DNA of 64,000 bases from Blepharisma stoltei ATCC 30299 (lineage: Eukaryota > Protista > Ciliophora). The stretch is taken from the NCBI GenBank assembly GCA_965603825.1, contig CBFDEM010000063.1, forward strand, positions 62,001 through 126,000, given 5' to 3'. A model generated the notes under the pieces. That model searched no databases and was not told the DNA's origin. It saw only the letters and a list, made by a program, of their open reading frames with translations. How positions within the stretch are numbered: the stretch's first letter is position 1; each line of letters begins with the position of its first letter. The position numbers and the translations under genes are program-made. This document shows, piece by piece, positions 47,751 through 58,153 of this stretch.

Positions 47751-49868
47751 TTAATGAAGCTCCTCAAGTGCCTTTCTCCCCAGATCAAAACTATAGCAAT
47801 GCATATTATTGTTATAGTGCAGACTAATATAAAACTTCCCATTGTAAAATGTCCTAAAAGCTTGGTTATAGCTCACAAAGTTTGAGCCTCCCACATTATT
47901 CCAAATATTTTCATTAAGTTCGTCGCTTTCAAAAATCGATCCATTATCTTCAAGGACATAAAGTCTTGACATTGCAGATAATAAAATTTTCCAACAAAGG
48001 AATTTTTTCAGATTTAGCGAAGAAATTTCAAGAAATTCATTTTTTCTAATATCAAATTTGTATATTTTTTGGAGATGGTAGCCAGCTATGAAAATCGAGT
48101 TTTTAAAGGCAACACAAGAGCATCAGCTGGATTCAAAAGGAAGCGGCGAAAGCTTGGTTCATCTGTTTTCTAATAAATCAAATTTTTCTGCATGATTTAA
48201 TATTTTGGTGCCATCACATCCTCCAAATATAAAAACTGAGTTTTGGTAATATACGCCACCTGAGTTATAGCAAGGAGTTCCTGGAGGAAGCCATCTTTCT
48301 ACAGAAAAAGAATTTGTGTTAATAACACAAGCAGCTCCTGTCAGCGGAAATGAATTCCCATAACAGAAAATTCCATAATTCGGAATCTGGACTATGCATG
48401 TATCAGAGCTAAATGGTTCATCAATATCTATTGATTTTTGCTGCTTCTCATGAGATTCTATATCATAAATATGCATTTTAGTCAGTGTACCCAGCCTATC
48501 AATATTAAATAGATTTTTGATAGTTTCAAAGCTGAATTCTTTATAATACTTCTCAATAAAAGCCTGCGTTTGTATTTCCAACTTTTTAGCAACATCATTA
48601 TAGCTTGCTAAACAATTAGAATATAGTGATTTTATTTCACTGCTGTATTCACATATAAACTGAAGCTTTTCTTTATACTCTTCTGAACATTTTAAGCTTT
48701 TAAGCTCGTTTTCTAGCTCTGCACGAGAATTTCCGAAGTTTTCGAAATCGTCAATTGTCATGATTTCTTGTTCAATTTTTAAAAAATATTCTAAAAACAT
48801 GCTGTCGATTTTATTTTCTACTTCGGAAAGAGATATCATCCTGTTGTTTAGTTCTTCAAAAACTTGGGAATAGTATGATAAAAAATCATTTTTATTATTA
48901 GTAGGGCTACTCAGCTCAATTTGGTAAGGTTTTAGATCACTTTTGTCTTGTCTTTTTAATGGTCTTAGATCTGGAGAAAGAGCTTTAACACTGAGATTTG
49001 CTCTGACTGATTCAGTGAGGTTGAGAATGTCGCTATTTCTTCTTAATCCAGTGAGCTGCTTAGCTATAGGCACATCTCGTTTGCTTTTTTCTATTTCTTT
49101 TAATACTTCTTTTAATGCATTTTTGTTTTCACTGACTTGACTACTTAAATAATCGACTTTGTTTTTCAAGTCTTTTATATGATTATTCGCATTTTCAATG
49201 GTGTTCTTAAAGCTTTTTTCCATTCCATCTATTCTCCATTCAATTTCTTCAACTTTTTTAGCCACTTCATCAATATTTGAGATATTTGAGTAATAATTTC
49301 TTGCTTCATTAATCTGAATTTTTCCATCCAATAGCTCTTTGATTTTTCTCTCTACTAAATCTTCAACCATTTTATTTATACCTTCGTCAATAATATTTTC
49401 ATCAAATCTAGAATTTTTATATATAGATTTTTTAACAATTTCCAAAGCTTCAGATGAAGGTAAAGACAAGGATTTCAAAATAGGATCTTTTTCATATCTA
49501 CTAATTTTGTCGACATTAGAAACTACAGAAAATGTTCTCATTATTGCTACCAAATTTTCTTCAATTTTTTGTATTTTTTTCTCATGAAGATTTTGGTAAT
49601 AATTTGCATTTTCCATGAAAAATTGTTCAGCGATTGTTTTCATTTTTTCTAAATTGGCTTTTTCTGAAATCAGATGGTTTAGTATTGCTTCTTTAGTATC
49701 TTGGCATAAGTTGACAAAGACAGGCTCTATATTATGAGGCAAGTTTGACGAGTTTATGTGCTCACTTTGATGGGTAAGGCATATAAAAGTCGCTGGGAAT
49801 GTGCATTTGCAAAGAGTTTCTGGCTTATTTATGCAATTTGATGAGAAGCAATTTTGTGTTTCTTGCAT
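47751..49868 (-). CDS. Cys/His-rich N-terminus, coiled coil and Kelch-like propeller protein (~705 aa); TGA=Trp at 48159 and 48123
   Basis: C-x4-C...C-x-C...C-x2-H-x3-H; VFIFGG...EKFDLLENR[W]TKLSPLP Kelch repeat. Confidence 0.82.
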
Positions 49869-50105
49869 AAATAATTGTCTTTAATAATGGTGGTATGCCA
49901 AAGGTAAACAGTGAATAAACTCTTTAAAAATAGATAAATTAAACATAATTATTATTGAAATTATTTTGGCTTATTTTTACCCTCTGAATATCTGAATAAC
50001 TAATAAGTTTCCTCATTATAACCATTAGAAGCTTTATAATAGAATTTCTCTATATTAATCCCACCCAGATTTCCTAGGATACCATTTGTTCTGGAAATGC
50101 CAATA

Positions 50106-51253
50106 TTATTCCAAGGTTCATTTAAATTTAGACAATAATTCGAAGTTCTTTTCTATCAAATAAGAATAAGCATTATCTACATTTGTCCCAACTAAAGCTG
50201 AAGTTTCAAAGAATGGAAGACCAAGTTTTTTTCCTAAAGCCTGCCCTTCACTATACAATACTTTTCTTTCACTTTCTAAATCACACTTATTGCCAATTAA
50301 AATTGCAAAAAAGTCTCTATCTATATTCTTTCTGGCTTCTCTAAGCCAATAATAAATATATCTAAATGTGTCTCTATTAGTAATGTCATAAACAAACATT
50401 ATTCCATTAGTTTCTTTTTTGAAAGTACATTTAATTGGTTTGCATCTATCATCAACTGTGTAATCCCAAGCCATAATTTTTAATTGCTTTTCATCAAAAG
50501 ATTTTATTTTATTGCCACTATGGAGTTTTACGATTACGCAAGCTGCTTTGACCCTTGCGGAAAATATGATTATTAAAGTGAGAATTCTTAAATTGAAGAT
50601 ATATCGATGATGCTATAGCTGAGGTGGAGATGTGGGAAGAAGAAATCCGCGTGATGGAGCTGAGTAAAATGATGAGATCTCATTTAATAGAGTAATCTGG
50701 GAAGTGGAAACAGGTGACGAGTTGGAAAGTGACAAAATTGGTGAATTTCTATTGTGGGCGGCTAAGCAGGAAGGATTTTGCTAGATGATAGGGAATTGAT
50801 GCTCGCTGCGGGATTTAGATCAATATGAATTGACTTAGAAGAAAGCTCAGAAGGAAACCTAGAAGAAAATGCAGGAGAGAGCCAGGAAGAAAACCCAGAA
50901 GAGAACCCAGGAGAAATGCCAGGAAATTGGAAAACGAGAAGAAAAAGAACCATAAGACTCTTTCGATGGTTTTAACTACTTAGTTAACCCTAACCCTGCT
51001 TTTCGTGAAAAACTATTCAATTTATTTAATTTATAACCTATAACTGATTTTCATTATTTTAAAGTATACATTACGGGATTTCTATGTAATTCTTACAGAT
51101 TCATTTCCCATAGAGGCTTGCAAGTATCCATGAAAAATGCCTTCGGTATACCGAGCAATTATACTGGATATCCCCACCTCATGAGCGCCAAAGGTATTTA
51201 TTTCAAAAAGATAGTCGCTTTTTAGAAAGTTACTACTCGTTTTCTGTCCTCAT
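50106..51253 (-). pseudogene. Divergent Rab-like GTPase copy A (introns 51218-51233 and 51082-51096) interrupted by a ~562-bp insertion; otherwise intact (184 aa after removal)
   Basis: Exons match copy B: MRTENEYDYLFEINTFGAHEVGISS...; NKCD and ETSA motifs. Confidence 0.8.
50505..51066. mobile_element. 562-bp insertion (TA-bounded, IES-like) in Rab copy A
   Basis: Absent from copy B. TA-to-TA removal restores the frame (KSRNVKSFDEKQLK). An alternative 565-bp AAA-bounded junction (50499-51063) also works. Confidence 0.7.
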
Positions 51254-51336
51254 TATAATATTAAGTAATAAGACTAGCTCAGATTTTAGATTTAAAACGA
51301 ATTATTATTATAAATAGAATAATATTATTCCAAGGT

Positions 51337-51906
51337 TTATTTAAATTTAGACAATAATTCGAAATTCTTTTCTATCAAAAAAGAAAAAGCATTTTCTACA
51401 TTTGTCTCATCCAAAGCTGAAATTTCAAAGAATGGAAGACCAAGTTCTTCTCCTAAAGCCTGCCCTTCACTATACAATACTTTTCTTTCACTTTCTAAAT
51501 CACACTTATTGCCAATTAAAATCGCCAAAAAGTCTCTATCTATATTCTCTTTTGCTTCTCTAAGCCAATAATAAATATATCTAAATGTGTCTCTATTAGT
51601 AATGTCATAAACAAACATTATTCCATTGGTTTCTTTTATGTAAGTACGTTTAATTGACTTGCATCTATCAGTAGCCGCGTATTCTCAAACCATAATTTTT
51701 AACTCCTTTTCTTGAAAAACTATATTACGGGATTTCTATGTAATTCTTACAAAATCAATTCCTATTGAGATCTGTGAGTATCCATTAAAAAAGCCTTGGG
51801 TATATCGAGTAATTATACTGGATATCCCAACGCTTTGATTGCCAAAGGTATTTATTTTCAAAAGATAGTCGCTTTTTAAAAGTTACTACTCATTTTCCTT
51901 CCCCAT
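51337..51906 (-). CDS. Divergent Rab1/8-like small GTPase copy B (179 aa); 15-nt introns 51872-51886 and 51736-51750; one TGA=Trp
   Basis: MGKENEYDYLLKINTFGNQSVGISS...IGIDF|KSRNI...KIMV[W]EYAA...MFVYDITN..F...W...ILIGNKCDL...FFEISA. Confidence 0.85.
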
Positions 51907-52284
51907 TATTATCTTAAATCGATTTTCGACTAGCTGAGATTTTATCTTTAGAGCAATTATTCTTGTAAATAAAAGTAATATTTGAATAATTAAAAATTCA
52001 CTTGCAAATTGATTATTTAACAAATACATAAATAAATATTGTATTACAGCCTCAAGTTGCTTAGCAGAGCTAAAAGGCAACAGTTTGAGGACCCTAACAC
52101 TCGAATAATTTTGCTTCCTGGCATCAAAGCTGGTGTAAGACTCAATGGTGGTATGGAAAGTGTAGTAGGAGAGAATAAATTTTAAACTTTTAAGTAAGAT
52201 AATAGTTATTTGACAATTTTTCTGAGATAATTAAAAAAATTATTTGCTAAACATATTGAATTGCAAATTAAAATAGGATAATTA

Positions 52285-53127
52285 ATGTTTTACAATGACA
52301 GATACCTTGTAAGAATTTTATCAAGCATTCCAGTAGTCATAGTCCTCTTTATCATTTCTGGAATTGTTTATTGCTATCACGATTCCTTTATCACTACTCA
52401 AGAACCCACAATACCTCTTTTAGCACTTTACATATTATTCTATATCGATATCATTTTGCTCTGCTGGTCCTACATCTCGTCTGTTATAACAGACCCAGGA
52501 TCTATCCCATCATATTTTGACTTTTTATCTGACGAATCTCGTATAGAAATTTCCAATAATAAGTACAATGATGAAGACTGCTTAATATCAAAATCATCAT
52601 TTTGCAATAAGTGTGACAGAAATCGGCCCCCAAGAGCTCATCATTGTAGAATATGCAACCGTTGTATCCTCAGAATGGACCATCATTGTCCATGAATCGG
52701 AAATTGTGTAGGATTTCACAATTATCGGTATTTTATACAGTTTTTAATATATGCTTGTATAGGAAGCACTATAGCTGGGGTATGCTGTGGATGGTTAGCT
52801 ATAAAAGAAAATGAATTTACATCAACGGCAAATATTATTGGAGCATGTGGAGGAATTTTTATAGGCCTAACGCTAACACTTTTATCTGGGTTTCATTTGT
52901 GATTACTTTTTACTAATAGAACGACGTTGGAGATTTACTCTTCTATAGAATTTAATACATTTGATAATGGAGGGCAAAATAATTTCCAGATTATTTGTGG
53001 TAATTTTTGGGCTGCGTATTTTTTACCAATAAATGCCAAAAATGTGGGAGATGGAGTTATTTATCCTATTAAATTACGAGAAAAAGCAGGGGGCATTGAA
53101 TATTTTGAGTCGAAAATTCTTAAATAG
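52285..53127 (+). CDS. DHHC palmitoyltransferase; TGA=Trp at 52693 and 52900
   Basis: C..C...[19 protein letters not shown][W]IGNCVG..NYRYF; TTLE motif. Confidence 0.95.
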
Positions 53128-53164
53128 TAGTAAAAATATTAAGCTAGATTTAATGTAAGATTAA

Positions 53165-54072
53165 TTCTGAAAATGCCTAAAAGATAGTCCTGATTCTCCA
53201 TCTAATAGAATTACTCCCATTAAAATAAGCCCTTTTTCATCAAAATCAAAGCTATAAAGAAAATCTTTATAATATGTATATAACTGCGAAATCATTCTGT
53301 TCCATTTTATCAATATTTTCATAAAACTTGTCTCTCTCTAAAGCCACTTTTAGCTGCATAAATAATATTTTCTCCATAATCAAATATATACAATTTATCT
53401 TCATTTTTATAGAAATGCTTGCTTCCAGGAATGGCAAATATTGATTTTTTTCTGAATAAGAACTCGCAAAGCAGTCTTAAATATATAAATATTTAGAATC
53501 TAAAACCATAGTTAAATTTTGTTATCAAATTATATGCATGATTCTATTAATATTCTATGGCACCCTACACCATTATGGATGTCATCTACTCAAAATTAAA
53601 CCTGGTACCAATAATGCCAATATATTGGGTATCAGCGAAATTATATATAGTCATTTAATTATAGCGTAATCCTTTAGTCTAGCCCTCTACATGTGAGAGG
53701 AGATGGAAGGAAGAGATCGAAACTATTTATGAGCGAGCTAATTTTTTCTGTGCTAGGCCTTAAGGCCTTTATTATAGCATACATTTTTTGTCAATCCCTC
53801 TACATGAAAAAGGAGATATTTTCCTAGCTCAAAATCATCGCCACAGCATTGATGAAAATATCGATTTCTCATTTGATTGCTATAAAGAAAATTGCTCTCA
53901 AATAAAGCAAGCTGTCCGGTTTCTTTAAGTCTATTTCTATCAAAATCTGTTATTCGGTAGTTCTCAAATCTATGCAATAGAAAAAGCAGCTTTCATCATC
54001 AAAATTAGTAGAATATCAAAGGTATTCAGATTCTTCAGGTTTTTTCTGTTGTCTAAAATTCAACAACTTCAT
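53165..54072 (-). pseudogene. Degraded paralog of the 57205-58059 propeller-like gene
   Basis: Nucleotide similarity to 57230-58050, with stops, frameshifts and an internal ~46-bp duplication. Confidence 0.7.
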
Positions 54073-54236
54073 ATTTATTGTAACTTTTGTGCAATTTATT
54101 ATTCAATTGTATTTAATTTTGTGATTTATTCAGTGTTAACAAAATATTTTAATTAATTGAAGCTTTAGAGTAGGAAAGCAGGTTTATGCTTGACTATAAT
54201 TATTATAATGATGGCTTATTATAATCAAGTTTTATT

Positions 54237-56789
54237 CTAAACCTGAATTTTTTTGAGTAGTTCAATACGGTCTCGACCTAATAAATCGTTAATAAAATTG
54301 ATATCTTTTTCAGAAAGGTTTCATTCATCCCCAGGGAAAACGTCACTTGCTTGATTTTCTTGCATCAAATTATAAGCCTTATTAAAGTCCTGCAAAGCTG
54401 CTGCTTCTTGTCTGAGATAATTAAATACTCTAGCCCGGCTGCATAAATACAAAGGATTATTGGGTTCAAGATTAATTGCCTCATCATAGCATTGTATTGC
54501 TTCTTGATATCTCTCTAAAGCATAAAGAGTATTGCCTTTATCATTATAATAATCGACATAATTTGGATTGATTTTTATTGCTTCGTCATAGCTTTCTATT
54601 GCCTCTGGATATCTCCCTAATTCATTTAAAGCACGCCCTTTATTATCATAGTAAAAAGCAGACTTGTTTGGATTGAGTTTGATTGCTCTGTCATAGCATT
54701 CGATTGCTTCTAGATATCTTTTTAAATTAGAAAACGCCTCGCCTTTATTATTGTATAAAAAATCATCGTTTGGATCGAGTTTGATTGCTTTGTCATACGA
54801 TTCGATTGCCTCTAGATATCATTCTAGATCATCAAAAGCATCGCCCTTTTTATTATATAAATCAGGATCGTTTGGATTGAGCTTGATTGCTTTGTCTAAG
54901 CATTCGATTTCTTCTAGATTTTTTCCTAAGTTGTTTAGAGTTTTGCCTTTTAGATTTCATTCATATAGATAATGAGGATCGAATTTAAAATTCTGGTTAT
55001 TGCATTTTTTTGCTACAATCTTTTTACCTACTCTTCTAAGTGAGACATGCGCATTATAATAACCAACATCGATAATGATTTTTTGATCTAAATTAAAATA
55101 ATAATATTCTCTAACCAATTCAGAAATAGTTGAGATGTATATTCCTCCTTTATTATATGAGCAATATACTTGAGAAGGATCATAATCGATTATTGATTTT
55201 CCTACTCGTTTCCAATTCATGTCACTTCCAATTTCGCTTTCATAGATTGATCCAGGACATTCAATCAAATATAGTCTCTCTGCATTTATCAGGATCTTTC
55301 TGGTCTTCTCTGCAAACTCATAAGGAATTGACGAGAAAGAGTCAATGTCAATTGAATATAATAAAAGCTTTCTATTTCGATATCCAGAAATCAAAATATT
55401 TCCATTAAATATTATACTATTGCAGCTGTAATCAGATTTCGGCAATAGAGTTAATTGAATTCATCGATTTCGATCCAAATCAAATCTCTTAGATAGAGGT
55501 AAAGTGCCTTTATTCTTTCCGCCAAAGCAATAGATGCTGTTGTTGAAATAGATACATGATGATAAATAGCAAGGAGTTCCAGATGGCAGCACTTCTAATC
55601 CACCATTCACATCAATAAGCACTGTAATTCCAGAAAGTAGACCATTACCAAAACAGAATAGCTTGCCATTAGGAAGTTGAGTTAGGCACGTTTTAGAGTC
55701 AAGTTTTATTTGAGTCTGCATGACTTTGACTTCTTGGACTTCAGTTTCAGTGTTATAAATATGCAAATAAGAATTTATTTTTTCATCTCTTTTAATATTA
55801 AAAAGAGATGTCTTTTTATCTCTTTTAATATTATAAAGAGATGTCTTTAGTTGATAAGCATTAAGATAATCTTGGTAAGCTTGCGTTAGATCATAAGGAC
55901 TAGAATTGGTCTGAATTGTTGAGCAAGTTGTTCGGAAATCTATCTCTAATTCTGGATTGTTTGGTCTACTCAAAATTTCCGCTGTTTTATTTCTTAAGGT
56001 GTCTGTAAAGTTTAAAGCGATTTCTAATTCATTGGATTTACTGTTGAGATTATCAGAAGCAATGCTTATTTGAGAATTAAGCAAGCTTGCCTTGTTTTCT
56101 AGGCTTTTTTTTACTGGCTTGTTTAGGTTTTCACACCCTTTTAAGCTCTCAATGTTTTCATTTATTGAATCCTTAACGTTTGCTGATTCTATAGTTTTAT
56201 CATACACTTCAGGAGTATTTTGCACATTCATATTTTCAAGATGTGAATCTCATTTTTCTTTAACAAATGGCCTATTTAAACTCGCTAACTTTTCATTGAT
56301 TATATAAAAGAATCTTGCACTGTTATATAAGTCTTTCATGGCTATGGTCATCAATTTTACTTTCTCAAGAGCTTCTCCAGGCTGTAAAACTAATAATCCT
56401 AATATTGGATCTTGCTCTAACTTTGATAATTTTTTAACTTGGGAAATTTTTGCAAAGAAATCATTTATTTCACCTGAGCAATCGTCCAATTTTTTTCTGA
56501 AATCTCTTAAATTTCTCTTTAAATTAAATGGACACTGGCTAAAGAAATCTATGATTTTTCTTCTCAGTTCGCTGTATTTTGAATTTTCTTTTGTAAGAAA
56601 TTCAAGAATTGCTTCTTTTGTCCCTTCATAAGGCTGAATAAATGTTGATTCAAGGTTATGAGCTCCATTAGGCAAGTTTATATGCTTCCCAATATGCACT
56701 TCGCAAGATGAAGTCTCAGGAGAAGAGCATTTGCATGAATATTCAACCTCATTTATACACCCTGACTCGAAACATTTCTTGGCCATCAT
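54237..56789 (-). CDS. Cys/His-rich N-terminus, coiled coil, Kelch-like propeller and TPR-repeat protein (~850 aa); TGA=Trp at 56250, 55461, 54957, 54819 and 54321
   Basis: CFESGC...CKC...CEVH...H; IYCFGG..RFDLDRNR[W]; about 5-6 TPRs (YNNKG.A...L.RY.EAI.CYD.AI.L.P) missed by the ORF track; stop TAG at 54237. Confidence 0.85.
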
Positions 56790-56842
56790 ATAATAATTAT
56801 TAAATAGACGATTTTAATTCCAAATTCCTACAATTAGCTCAT

Positions 56843-57222
56843 ACATTTTTGTCAATTCCTCTATATGTAAAAGGAGATATTTACCTAACTCAAAATCATT
56901 GCCACAGCATTGATGAAAATATTGATTTCTCATTTGATTCCTTTAAAGAAAATTGCTCTCAAATATAGTTGTCCAGTTTCTTTAAGTCTATTTCTATCAA
57001 AATCTGTTATTCGGTAGTTCTTGTAATCTATGCAATTGAAGAAGTAGCTTTCATCATGAAAATTAGTAGAATATCAAGATATTCAGATTCTTCAGGTTTT
57101 TTCTGTTTTCTAAAACTTAACAACTCATATTTATTGTAACTTTTGTGTAATTTATTATTCATATATAAGTTTACTATTTATTCAGTGTTAACAAAATATT
57201 TTAATTAAATTGAAGCTTTAGA
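56843..57222. repeat. ~380-bp direct repeat of 53781-54170 (5' fragment and upstream region of a propeller-gene paralog)
   Basis: Near-identical sequence on both sides of the TPR gene. Confidence 0.85.
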
Positions 57223-58059
57223 ATTATCTTGAAAATGGCAAAAAGATGGAACTGTAACTCCTGTATTATCTTTATCTAAAATTATCTCACCTATCAAAAT
57301 AAGACCTTTCTCATCAAAATCATACCTATATATTTTCCCTTTAATCGATATATAGATAGAATCTTTATAATATGAATACAGCTGTGGAAATCATTCTGTC
57401 CCAATATAGTCAATATTTTCGCAAATTTTCGATAAAACTTCTCATTCTCCAAAGCAACTTTTAGTGACATAAATAATATTTTTCCCATAATCAAATATAT
57501 ACAGTTTATTTTTATTCTTATAAAAATGCTTCATTCCTGACTGATCAAATATTGATTTAATTTTTGAATGAGAATTTGTAAAACAGTCATAAATAAATAG
57601 CCACTTTGAATGTAAAGTAGAAATTACAATTTTGCCATCAAATTCAATAATTGACTTGATTTTTGCATCTTTAGGTAGTATCGATAACCATTCTGCTCGC
57701 CATTTAAGCAAGTTAAACCTAAAGCCAGCAACTCCTATATATTGAGTCTTTGTAAAATTATATATAAAATTTCCAGATTTACAGAATCCTCTAGTCCATC
57801 CTCCTACACGTGAGAGGAGATAAGCTCCGATTTCTAAATCATTATCCTTACATATATAAAAAAACCGGGTTCTCATTCTCCTGTCTCAAAGGAAATCGTT
57901 TTCATATAAGTAAAGAAACCCAGATTTCTGAAGTCTATTGGCATTGAAATTTTCAAGGTCTAAACGGTAAAAAACGCAATTTTCATTGTCAAAATCAGGA
58001 GAATACCAAAGATATTGATGCTCTATTGCTTTATCCTTCTCAAAAAGTGGTAGTTTCAT
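57205..58059 (-). CDS. Kelch/beta-propeller-like hypothetical protein (284 aa); TGA=Trp at 57886, 57442 and 57391
   Basis: Open from ATG 58059 to TAA 57205 with TGA=W; repeats such as IYNF, RFNL....[W]L..LP and LYIFD. Confidence 0.7.
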
Positions 58060-58153
58060 AATATTTATTTAAAAAATACATACCCACTAAATGCAAATAA
58101 TCCTTTTACTAGATATTCCTCTTATAAAATAAATAAATATTATTTAAAACACT

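Noticed and set aside
50985-50997. TAACCCTAACCCT as a chromosome end or telomere
   Set aside because: Only two 6-mer units, not the CCCTAACA array, and it lies inside an insertion.
51066-51950. The duplicated ~230-bp blocks (51067-51300 and 51721-51950) as a MITE or non-coding repeat
   Set aside because: They are the 5' exons, tiny introns and upstream regions of the two Rab-like paralogs.
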